From positions 1-43,931 of the forward strand of contig CAVPXM010000083.1 of the NCBI GenBank assembly GCA_963709405.1: 43,931 nt of DNA, in the 5' to 3' direction. How positions within the stretch are numbered: position 1 is the stretch's first letter; each line of letters starts with the position of its first letter. Shown here one piece after another: positions 33,605-43,931 of the stretch. The stretch is from an uncultured Nitrososphaerales archaeon. Its GTDB lineage: Archaea; Thermoproteota; Nitrososphaeria; Nitrososphaerales; Nitrososphaeraceae. The notes under the pieces are model-generated. The model was not told the origin of the DNA. It searched no databases and worked only from the letters and a program-made list of their open reading frames with translations. Both the position numbers and the translations under genes were made by a program.

Positions 33605-35660
33605 CTATCTTGCCCTTAATGCATTTAATATAACACCCACATCCAATATTTCTTGAAGCAACGCACCAATTGTTGGAGGAATTAATCCCAAGCTTGCAAC
33701 AATCATTAGGATGAAACTGACTCCTAACCCAAAGTAAATACTCTGTTTTGCTATTTGTATTGTTCTCTGACCTATTTCTAATACATCCGCAACTTTTGTG
33801 ACATCATCTACTAGCAATACCATATCAGCAGCCTCAGCAGATATTGCTGTTCCTTTAGCTCCCATGGCAACACCAACTGTAGCAGCTGCCAATGCAGGAG
33901 CATCGTTAATTCCATCACCAACCATGACAATATTCTTGTACCGTTCTTTCAATTTCTTTATTGCCAATACCTTCTGCTCTGGCAAAAGGTTAAATTCAAA
34001 ATTAGTGACAGCTGCTTGCTTGGCAATAACCTGTGCATTGTCAAAGCTATCTCCTGTAAGCATAACTGTTTCTTTTACTCCAAGCTTTTGAAGACGTTGC
34101 ATCATCACATTAACTCCTAACCTTATCTTATCACCAAGTACTATAGCCCCTACAAGAATACTGTTGATACTTATTAATGCTATCATTTTTCCTTCGCCTC
34201 GTTTCTTTATAGTATTTAGTAGTAATTTTTTATCAAATTCTAATTGCTGTTGTTGCTGTTGTTGCTGCTGTTGCTGTTGTTGCTGTTGCTGCTGACGATG
34301 ATATTTCTTGTTATCATTATTTTCAAAAAGACTTTGTGACCCAACTATAATATGTTCACCATTAATATCACCTTCTACCCCAGCTCCAGCTATTTCATGG
34401 AAATTTCTTGGAATAGGCAATAAACTATTTCCAAACTTTTCTTTTGCTTTTTGGACAATTACACGAGCTGCTGGATGAGAAGACATTTGTTCCATACCGG
34501 CAGCTTTGAGCAATAGAGCATCAGAAGCATTGTTATTGTTGCTATTAATGACAGTATTGCTATTGTTGTTATTAATACTATTCTTATCGTCCTCTTCTTG
34601 TCTTATTTTGCCATCTCTTGTTAATATAACAATGTCCTCTACAACAGGAGACCCGTAAGTAATAGTGCCTGTTTTATCAAATACAACTGCTTGTGATTTA
34701 CCTATCTGTTCAATTGGCAGCTCCAGTCTTTATTATTATTCCTATCTTTGCACATCTATTTATTCCGCTCATAATAGCTACAGGAGTTGCAAATATAAGT
34801 GAACATGGAGTAGCAACAACAAGGACAGATAAGATAGTCTGTGGATTTTGTGTCATGAGCCAACCAAATCCACTTATTGCTAGTGTTATAGGAGTAAACC
34901 ATAATGCATATCTATCTGCAAGTCGTTGTATTGGGGCTTTCTCTTCTTGGGCTTTCCGCACTAGCTGCACTATTTTGGCATACTGACTGTCCTCGCTTAC
35001 TTTACTGGCTTGAATTTCAAAAGCATTTCCTCCTGCATTAATAGTGCCACTAAAGACTTCATCGCTAACACCTTTGTTTTTAGGTAAAGGTTCTCCTGTA
35101 AGTGCGGATTCATCAATTTGTGCTCGTCCGGAGATTATCGTTCCATCGACAGGAATAAGATCGCCCGCTCGTACTACAAGTAAATCACCGATTCGAACAT
35201 CGGTTACTTTTATTTCTTCTAAGCTTTGATCACCAATACCGTTATAATCACTATTATTGTTCTTATTTACTTCCCTGATTTTTCTATATGCAGTGCGTGG
35301 AGATCTAGCCATTAGTTCATCCAGTGAAGATGAAGCTCTTCTAAATGCATAATCTTCTAGTGCTTTACCGCCAGTTTGCATTATGACAATCACTACTCCC
35401 GGTAATGCTTCATTTGCTAAGATAGCTGCAATAATTGCCAGCATTGCTACTATATCAGAAGCAAAATGGCGATGTATCATTCCCTTAATAGTACCCCACA
35501 CAACAGGAATTCCTCCAATAATCAATGTCAAAAACCAAATCAAATGCCCAGCAACAGATTGATTTAATGCATAATATATGGCACCTAGGAGCAATCCCAA
35601 AACTGCGAAAACTGGTATAGGATATCTTCTTGCAAATAGTACAATTTTACTTACTTTTGG
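33605..35660 (-). CDS. Heavy-metal P1B-type ATPase (P1B-5-like), single frameshift near 34714
   Basis: LTGEP, ATPCSL, FDKTGT (in the downstream frame, about 34665-34685), SSHP, LTGD, GDGINDAPAL, LQEILD. Start uncertain. Confidence 0.88.
34244..34294 (-). repeat. CAG/CAA repeat encoding 17 consecutive Gln
   Basis: 51 bp of mixed CAG/CAA codons within the ATPase nucleotide-binding region. Confidence 0.95.
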
Positions 35661-35776
35661 AGAGTGATTGTAAATTGATAATATATTGATAGTAATATTA
35701 CTATCGATATAACTTTTGTCTTTTTGTAAAGAACTCTTTTGGCCTCTTTAGAATTTCAACAATAAACATTGTAGAG

Positions 35777-35902
35777 ACACAAGTTCACTCGCGTTGGCCA
35801 TAGGACATTGGGCTCATTAGTTCCGCTGGGCCAGATACATTTCTAGTTTATCTGGGCAGAGGGAAGCAAGCAACAGCTTTCTCACCTGCCACCATTGCCC
35901 CC
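35777..35902. ncRNA. Candidate structured RNA (GC-rich, several adjacent hairpins)
   Basis: Stems 35777-83/35788-94, 35811-16/35827-32, 35831-37/35849-55, 35855-59/35886-90, plus an imperfect outer stem 35802-11/35892-901. Confidence 0.35.
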
Positions 35903-36559
35903 ATTAAATTTAAAATTAGGCCTGAGATTTTTTGATCTTTTTTCCTTTGTAAGTTGTTCCTAATTCAAATCCACAAATCAGAAATCTTGAAGCTCTTGCA
36001 CTTGCAGCAGTGAATAATACCTAACCTGAACTAAAATTAAAGAGAATAATCACACGGATTTAAGTTCTATGTCATAGGATCTGATATTAAAGATACATTT
36101 GGTATTTCAACTAAATTCAAAATAATGCCTTCCATCTTGGTGGTCACATCTGGAGTAATTTCGAAAAATACCAATTCAAAAGCATTACCGTAGTTAACTG
36201 GTTTGCCACATTCAAAATTATATGCTCTCTGCTCGTATTGTATTTACACACTACGATTCTTTTTATTCCCGTATACAGCGTCATTATGAATAGTATTACG
36301 TATTAACGAAATAAATTTTAGAAATTCTTTATACTGTTGTTCTTGCTTATTTGTCATAACAGCCAATCATAAATTATGCAAAAATCATCGGTACCGTGTC
36401 GACACGAGGTTAGGTCACGTGCTATGACAAAAAGCCTGAATCTACTTTCCATTATTGAGAATAGAACTTGTGTTTAACCAATTAACATTACTTCATCAAA
36501 ATTACTTAATATCTCATGTTCGTTGTGCATGATTATAAAATTGAATAACACAGAAGAAC

Positions 36560-37172
36560 AAAAGTAACATCTCTTTTTTAGCACAATCAATGACTAGGAC
36601 AGGGATAGCTAAAGAACGTGGATGCAAAGCAATTCTGATAACTTTGGGCTTTTGTTCAATTAAAAGATTGAAAACATCTTTCGTCTCTACTAATATTTAC
36701 GCTATTCTTTTCTGGATATCCAGTAGAATCCCAATTTAACATCTTTGGAACTTTTATTTTCCTAAATGGATACAAATTTTTCTTGTGTTTCTGCTAAACT
36801 AAATCCTAACTTCTCTAATACCTCAATTGAGCTATTGTTTAGCTTCCGAGCTGGTGGTATAAACACCTTAGGCTTTATCCCTATATCTTGAAATATATCA
36901 AGCCCGGGACGCATCTCCTCTTCTGCATTTGCTTTTGTTTTCGTATGAAAATCATCAAACCTCCCATTTTTCTTCTCATGATAAAGACCAGGTAAAGCTA
37001 TCTCGGATCCTTTGTAAGATTTGATTTTATCTACAAATTCAGGGAATCTTGGAAGATCTTACTCTTTCGTTAAAGAATGGCACCAATGCAATATTATACT
37101 TTATCCCTAACCTTTCAAGCTCATCAGCAAACTTGAATATCTTTGATGAAAAAGCAAGAATGCATCGTGCAT
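36560..37172 (-). pseudogene. DUF2334 / polysaccharide deacetylase-like protein, frameshifted
   Basis: MHDA, NIALVPFFN, EIALPGLYHE (the His of LHG appears replaced), VFIPPARKLN, RIALHP. Confidence 0.7.
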
Positions 37173-37482
37173 AATCGTTATTTAAATTATTATTTTCTAC
37201 TTGGATTCACAAGTTCAGAATAAATGATCATTACATATTTATAATTCTCATCTGAAGAGTCGTTGTCGATATTTGTGATTGGCAATATTAAAAGTTCATA
37301 CAGGCAAACTGGGAAATCGGCAATGAATATTTTTGTCGTCGGTTTCTTGGCTATTGTATGTATCCAATTTATTGCTCCAAGTATGCTCCATTCATTGACT
37401 ATCTTCTGCAGGGTAATAGTTTCAGTTACTAATATAATGACAGAGTATTTGAATATTCCCAATGCTTTTGGTGAAACGATAA

Positions 37483-37872
37483 ATGATTTACAAAAACAAA
37501 ATATCAAGGGTAGTACCGATGGCACTGGTAATAGCAATAATACCACAACGGTTAGCAGTAATAATAATGCTGATAGAAAAAGCAGATTCTAATCAGAATT
37601 GGAGTATAAATTTTATAAACTTACTAATTGACTCTGCATTTTCTGTTTATAGGATGTTTGCCGCATTAGGATTATCATTTGTTGCTGCCATTCTAATTGG
37701 GATCACTGCTGCAAGAAAGCCTTTGGCATCTAAGATAATTATCCCAGTCATAGATATTCTACAGTCAGTTCCCATTCTTGGATTCTTCCCTGCAGCAATT
37801 GCCTTTTTCATCACATTGTTTAATGGAAGCCCAATCGGGATTTCGCAATACATGATATATTGTAAATGCTAG
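37483..37872 (+). pseudogene. ABC transporter permease (NitT/TauT type), truncated
   Basis: SVYRMFAA, IIPVIDILQSVPILGFFP; ends abruptly after GSPIG. Confidence 0.75.
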
Positions 37873-37944
37873 TCTAACATACTTAGATTCCTTCAATATC
37901 CATAGTGTATTGCACTTCTAGAAAGCTCTGACGGAACAAAGCCC

Positions 37945-37988
37945 TACACTTATTTTAGATACTAAATACACTTATTTTAGATACTAAA
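37945..37988. repeat. Exact 22-bp tandem duplication TACACTTATTTTAGATACTAAA x2
   Basis: Read directly. Confidence 0.9.
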
Positions 37989-38252
37989 TATGAGCAACAC
38001 CCAGGAAAAAAACCTCGACCTGAACAATGTCCATCAGATGGTTTTATATTCAGTAGGTACTGGTATAAAGCAATGTGGATTAGCTTATCTCGGAAATATT
38101 CCAATACGAATAGCTTAACTATTCATTAGGACATTATTCAACTACTCCTTTGAGCTTCATCCTTTTCCAGACGAGAAGATTCTTATAATTTACAAGAACT
38201 TTCATAAGTCATATTTATATTCTACTTTGTACATTGAATTTTGGAGAAGTTG

Positions 38253-38272
38253 GTGTGACACCGGTGTCACAC
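38253..38272. repeat. Perfect 20-bp palindrome GTGTGACACCGGTGTCACAC within 11-bp-period GGTGT repeats
   Basis: ggtgtgacacc/ggtgtcacact/ggtgttg; self-complementary core. Confidence 0.9.
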
Positions 38273-38308
38273 TGGTGTTGCTTCGTACAATGGAGTATAC
38301 TAATAGAC

Positions 38309-39031
38309 TTGCGAACAAAATGGATCTGCCCAAACTGTCTGGAGTTGTCGCCTACTAGACATTGGAGCGTAGAAAGACACATTCGGAGAAAACATACTGG
38401 AATAGGAGAACCAGTTAGTATTAATACACATCAGACCCGAACTCAGATGAATATAGGCTCAGGATGGTCCAATTTCACTGCTACTGCTAACCAACACAAT
38501 TTAATCCTAAGTCGAATAATTTACAAAGAAATGTCAGCAGTCACCACTATCACAATAATTACTTTAATAATGACAATTACGCTAGTTCACCTACATCAGA
38601 CTTATCAAAATAATAACACTAATTTTTCTGCAGCACAAAATAATTTCAGTAATGAAAAAATAAGAAGAGAATTCACAGCACCACACACCGGAAAAAGGAG
38701 TATAATAGATGATGAATTTCTCGACATGTTCAGCCAGATGGTTGAGATAAAAAAATTTTTAGGACAAAATCAATTAAGCTCTGGTGTGTCTGCTAGTATA
38801 GGAGATATACAACAGCAGTTTATTGGTAGACAAATATCAGGTGAATTACTTACTCAATTTCTTATACACAAAAATATCATTGACAATAATAGAAATGTCG
38901 GACTTAGAGGTCGTCTGTGTTACAAGTGTTTCTCTTATTGGATTGACTTAGTACATAACAACAAAGATGAAGGAATGAAGATGAAAGCTGCTGTAAGTGG
39001 CTCTTCGAAATTAAAAATGTATAATCCTTAA
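38309..39031 (+). CDS. C2H2 zinc-finger protein, paralog of 5084-6124, probably damaged or truncated
   Basis: WICPNC-x13-HIRRKHTGIGEPV and a later G..GRLCYKCF. TTG 38309 chosen by alignment to the paralog. Lacks the paralog's C-terminal part. Confidence 0.7.
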   Translation: MRTKWICPNCLELSPTRHWSVERHIRRKHTGIGEPVSINTHQTRTQMNIGSGWSNFTATANQHNLILSRIIYKEMSAVTTITIITLIMTITLVHLHQTYQNNNTNFSAAQNNFSNEKIRREFTAPHTGKRSIIDDEFLDMFSQMVEIKKFLGQNQLSSGVSASIGDIQQQFIGRQISGELLTQFLIHKNIIDNNRNVGLRGRLCYKCFSYWIDLVHNNKDEGMKMKAAVSGSSKLKMYNP

Positions 39032-40036
39032 TCAGTTGGTTAAGCATAAGTCTCGAACTCTGGATGTATCCTGGAACATATCGTTATCAGATAATATAAT
39101 CAAGTACATGTTCAAGGATACTGCGAGGCGTTTCTCTATTTGTTAACACTCGACATAAGTCTTGTTTGTTTTACATTTGAATAACAGAAATGTCTTTTCT
39201 AGCTATGACTAACACTATTTCCACTGCAAGAGCAAAGTTAGCCAATTCAAACAGCTCATTAACATCATATTTTTTTTATCTGATACTTTTTCCTTTCTCG
39301 TAATCATAAGGGGATTCAAATCTGTTTGCCATTTGACAAGGATACGATATACTGATCTGATAAATTAAAAATGCAATTATACATTGAACTCTATGGCAAT
39401 ATCCTATGATTCTATCTGTCTTCAGATTGATTAGTATCATGCTAGTAGGTTGATGAATTGGAAGATAATCCATTGCTATATCTATAATTTCGGAAATAGC
39501 TATAACATGGGCATGCTCCATCAAAACAAAATTTGGGAGATACAAAATATATGACAATAGTCAGTCGTGCCTGAATTTTTAGCATTAAGTAATAAGATAG
39601 AAATGCAATTATAGGAGGAAACAAAATGACTAGAATTATTGCAGACATCATGATTAGAATATTAGGAGGAACAATATTAGCAGGATTGCTCGTCTGGATA
39701 TGGCATACGTGGTAGAAAAGCAGATAATAATGACTAGACAAATATATTCCTTGGCGGGAAATAAGTGTATTCAGCGGCACTATAGAATTGGAAGACGAGA
39801 ATCGCAAGTGAATCGCAATTTTTTCTAGGAAATGATAAAACAAGAATCTTAGAATCTTATGTTAGAAGAGCAATAGATATTAGTTTTGCAGATGTGCCAA
39901 TAGCAGTGAATGTTCATGATACTATTATGACTACTGTTTCGATAAATAATAAGAAATCTTAAGTTTCTTTGTTTGCAAACAAGGTCGATGAGATTATCAA
40001 TTTGATTGCATTCATACACCTTTATACTATTAAAAT

Positions 40037-40276
40037 TCACATGCACACTGACTCTAATACTTCTTTATCGATACTTGCAACAACCTTATCGGATGCCGTC
40101 TTCATGTCTTGGATGTATTTCAGACCATCTGAATCTATGTTTCCACTTGGATTAGCATCAGCAATACTCTTTATTGCAGTGCCTAGACCCATTAATACCG
40201 CTAATGATTCATCAAGAGTGAATGTTACTGGTTCTGGCTTATAGTTTGATTCTATCTCAATCTTATCCATCTTCAT
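40037..40276 (-). CDS. Hypothetical protein
   Basis: ATG directly follows the TAG of an upstream CxxC-containing broken frame (YCIVCLKYGC...EEDQE*). Confidence 0.4.
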   Translation of the reverse strand: MKMDKIEIESNYKPEPVTFTLDESLAVLMGLGTAIKSIADANPSGNIDSDGLKYIQDMKTASDKVVASIDKEVLESVCM

Positions 40277-41084
40277 CTACTCCTGGTCTTCTTCAACTAT
40301 CTGTTCCCCTGTATCTACATCTAATTGTACGTTCTTATTTGCCAGGTCTACACGATGATTTTGACCGGTATAATGTGCTCTTAGAGGTTCTGCACATCCA
40401 TACTTGAGACATACTATACAATATTTCTCTGTTGGTTGACCACAGTAATTAAAGTTTTTTTTCTAGATGTCTTCGCATTTTAATAAAAGATGTTATACAT
40501 CGAACGATCCACAATATGCTCCTGTCATTGCCTTGTATATGCTGTACACATCAGTCCTGTCTGGTTCTTGAAGGTCAGTATATAACCTCTTAGTCCAGTA
40601 TGCCAGTTTTTGTCTAGAATATAAAGTCTCTCATTCGTAGATTATCTTGCTGTTATTAGATATGTTCCACTTACCTATGTCATTTTCAGTTAAATTGCTG
40701 GACGATGCTTGTTCACAACTGATTTCTTTCTTATTTCTTATTTTTGGGATTTGAACCGAGGATTCAATAGACTATGAGGACATATCACCAAAGGATCGGT
40801 ATAAGTCATTACTTGTAAAAAAGTTAAGCACTCTATGCGTGCAATAAGCAATGCTTACTCCAATCAAAGAGGCCATTATCACGTTTTCGATGTGAAACTA
40901 ACCCAATATAAAGATTATACAGGTATCGTGAGTTGAAAATGCTCTTTTTTCATGATGAATGTTTAATAGACGAATTAATGTATAATATATCATTGTAGCC
41001 AAAAACTGGTATTCTGAAATATCAGAATCACAATACTCTGCCTCATCATCTCCGCCCCTATATACTAGCACGTTAATCGAAAGG

Positions 41085-41936
41085 TTGTTGTTTCGGGTAG
41101 CCAGAAAGTGGGTCTCAGGTACAACGTATAAAGATGCATTATCAGCTGCTAAAAATTCTAACAAAAGAGGAATCTCGGCCATTTTGAATTTCCTCGGTGA
41201 AGATAATACTGATAGTAATAGTGTTGAACAAACAGTAAAAGAATATTGTCTGTTACTAGATCTCATCATTACTAATGAAATTGATGGATGTATATCGGTA
41301 AAACCAACTCAAGTTGGTTTAAAGATTAGTAATGAGGAGTGTTTACATAATCTTAGGAGGATCTCTAAAAAAGCAGGAAGCTTAGGGAAATTTATGTGGA
41401 TAGATATCGAATCGTTTGGATAGCAGAAAGGTACAATTTCGATTTACCTTGATCTTTTGAAGGAGCACTCATCAGTAGGAATAGCCTTACAATCCTACCT
41501 TAGAAGAAGTGCAAGTGACTTGTTGCATATATTGGAAGAAGGAGCAAATGTTAGAATAGTTAAAGGTGCTTATAGACAAAATGAAGAAAACGCCTTTCAA
41601 TCAATGAGTGAAATCAATTCAAACTTCTCCAAATTGATAAAAATGCTATTTGAGGACGAAAACAAAAATAATCTCTTTGCCATTGCGACACATGATTCTA
41701 GACTCATAAACAATGCAATCGAGTTATCAGAAAGATTTGGCACCGATAAAAAGAAATTTGAATTTCAACTACTTATGGGTATTCACAACGAGTTGAAGGA
41801 AAATCTTGTAGAAAGGAGATTTAAGACGTCTGAATATATCCCATACGGCAATCAGTGGCTTCCCTACTCTATGCGCAGAATTCGCGAGAGAAAGAGAAAC
41901 ATCCTACTGTTAGCAAGATCTATTCTCCAGCCGTGA
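41085..41936 (+). pseudogene. Monofunctional proline dehydrogenase, interrupted near 41420
   Basis: KWVSG, NFLGE, SVKPTQVGL, WIDIE, LQSYLRRS, RIVKGAY, IATHD, EFQLLMGI, YIPYG..W.PYSMRRIRER. Confidence 0.9.
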
Positions 41937-42151
41937 TTGACCAAATGCAGTTACTAAATGATAAGTACTGTTACATATGCTTTTTATCACTGGTTCATCG
42001 TAGAGCCGTAGGTGGAAACGTCTGTTTGCTATCTAGTCATTACTTGTTGAATTTAGATTTAAAGACTGAAATTCTCACAGTCTCATTGTAGTGTTGTGTA
42101 ACAAATGAATAGTACACATTTGTGTAGCTATTTATTTCCAGATGGTATCAG

Positions 42152-43735
42152 TCAGGTAACAACAGTCTGGCTCTGCTCTCTGAGAAATTGAGGCAAGTAA
42201 TAAGGCCCTCCTGTTCCTTTGCCCGTCGTGCCAGAATCTTTCCAACCACCAAACGGCTGAGAACCCACCATTGCTCCTGTTGTGGCACTCGCAGCTCTAT
42301 TAACGTATATAACTCCGGCTTTCGCATTCTCAAGAAACCTATGAATCTCTTCTTTCTTCGTGTACTGTAAATACCTGAGGTCAATCCGTATTCAGACTCA
42401 TTACAAAGCTGTAACGCTTCGTCAAAGTGCTTATATTTTGCTACACATAGGATCGGTACAAACAGTTCCTCTTTAAATAACATATGCCCTTTGGGTAAAT
42501 CATCAACAATTGTAGGCTCTACATCGTACCCATACTTAAAGTCGCCATTTCGTTTCACAGTCCCGCCTATTATTATCCTACCATCTCTGGATGCTATTTT
42601 TGCGAATTTCTGATAATTCTTGTAAGCATTGGAGTTAATTAACGGACCCATAAACGCGTTCGGGACAAGTGGATTCCCGATAGATAAATTTCTTGTTTTC
42701 TCCACTAATCTTTTTATTAATAGTTCTTTCACGTTTTTCTGTACGTATACCCTTGAGCACGCGCTCATTTCTGGCCAGAATAACCAAAAGTTGCCTTTAT
42801 GATCCCTCTGCAGCTTTATCAATGTCTGCATTTTCGGTAACTACTACTGGATTCTTACCTCCAAGTTCTGGCGATTATAGGCCGTGGTCTGATAGGACGT
42901 AGATTGTTCCATTTATTTTACCCTGCCATTTTAGAACCAGTAAAAACAATACCAGCAACATCATGACTTGCTATAATTGCTTTTCCAATTTTCCTTCCAG
43001 AGCCTGTCACAAGGTTTAGCACTCCGTCAGGTAGTCCTGCTTCTTTCATAATTTCTACAAATAGAGTTCCGATGATAGGAGTATCGCTTGCAGGTTTTAA
43101 AATTACTGTATTACCAGTGATTAGTGCTGCGATGCTCTAAGATACCTACCAGGATTGCAAAAGGAAAATTGAACGGAGCGATCACAGCCCACACGCCGTA
43201 AGGTTTCATTAGACTTTTGCTTCTTTCATTTGTATCTGCATCCTTAGTTCGAATTATGAAACCGCTATTTCTATCCATCTCTTCTGAATAGTATCTTATG
43301 AAGTCAATTGCTTCGTCTACGTCAGCAATGGCCTCGTACCTATTCTTACCGTTTTCATAAGAAATCCAGGCTGCCTAATTCAAATTTACGCTTGGATATC
43401 AAATCTGCAGGGCAGCGTTGCAGATATGAATAGGAGACTTATAACCAATCCTCCCCCATTTCTCAAACGCAGTCTTGGCGTTTTTAATAGCCATTTGCAC
43501 ATGTTTTGTTGTTGCCATTGAGAAGTAACCTAATTTTATTCTTTTATCTATCGGCGAAATATCAACAAAAGTCTCTGAGGATATAACATTTTTACCGTTG
43601 ATCATCATGGAATATTTTTTGACCGAATTGCGATTTGACATTCTTTATATTGCACTCTCATCAGCTTTCATGAAATGCCTTCTCTTCGTGTGATTTCAAG
43701 TGTTTTTTGAGAGTATGTTCATTTTCAAATCTCAT
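42152..43735 (-). pseudogene. Delta-1-pyrroline-5-carboxylate dehydrogenase (ALDH family), heavily frameshifted
   Basis: MRFENE, ENGKNRYEAIADVDEAIDFIRYY, KPYGVWAVIAPFNFP, GNTVILKPASD, FTGS, ELGGKNP, SACSR, EELFVP, FGGWKDSGTTGKGTGGPYYLPQFLREQSQT. Confidence 0.9.
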
Positions 43736-43931
43736 TTGACTTATGTCACTCTATTGCTCTCTCATCGGTTGTCCTTGTTTTATTTCTTATCCCATAAAAG
43801 CAACTATTCAATATTCATTGTATTGTATAGGGCTTTTATGATATTTTAGTCCATCAATACATTCTAGTATGATATGAGTATGAATTTCATTCTAATTGTC
43901 TGATTATCCCTGATTTCTCGAGATAGTTGAC

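Noticed and set aside
33798-35229. Plus-strand ORFs overlapping the ATPase, and similar antisense ORFs elsewhere (22633, 27368, 29431, 30416-31205, 31576-31924, 37647)
   Set aside because: They are shadow ORFs opposite well-supported genes.
35777-35902. Match to fluoride riboswitch, hammerhead, SRP RNA or tRNA
   Set aside because: Only short partial motifs (GGCAATGGTG, CTAATGA, GGAAGCAAGC) with the wrong spacing; no T-loop or anticodon architecture.
39040-40030. Several overlapping 60-130 aa ORFs
   Set aside because: No motifs and mutually overlapping; likely debris.
42101-42123. ACAAATG...CATTTGT hairpin between the convergent proline genes as a terminator
   Set aside because: Weak AT-rich 7-bp stem; archaeal termination relies mainly on U-tracts, so there is no real support.

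Overview
AT-rich archaeal DNA. The gene content (short parvulin, aSelBL-type factor, TFB remnant, PriX-like remnant, phasin-like protein, characteristic sensor-kinase N-terminus) points to a soil ammonia-oxidising archaeon of the Nitrososphaerales; this is inferred from family recognition, not from a search. The window is a low-density accessory region. Intact genes include an FNR-like oxidoreductase, a cupin, two divergent DUF72 genes, a PRTase, HxlR, aSelBL, DUF1348, a SAM methyltransferase, parvulin, DUF2182 and CorA. They are mixed with many frameshifted or truncated genes and with mobile-element debris (several tyrosine-integrase fragments, an IS6-type transposase remnant). I saw no rRNA, tRNA or CRISPR array. 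Best leads: (1) two paralogous C2H2 zinc-finger genes about 33 kb apart, each preceded by its own perfect 20-22 bp palindrome inside short tandem repeats; (2) a divergent DUF72 pair, one with a clear C-terminal PCNA-binding PIP-box pattern; (3) a GC-rich multi-hairpin element upstream of a P1B-5-like metal ATPase; (4) an integrase C-terminus interrupted between 22-bp imperfect direct repeats; (5) an 11-copy GATC microsatellite. Many frameshifts could be assembly errors, so pseudogene calls are provisional. All family calls come from motif recognition by eye.
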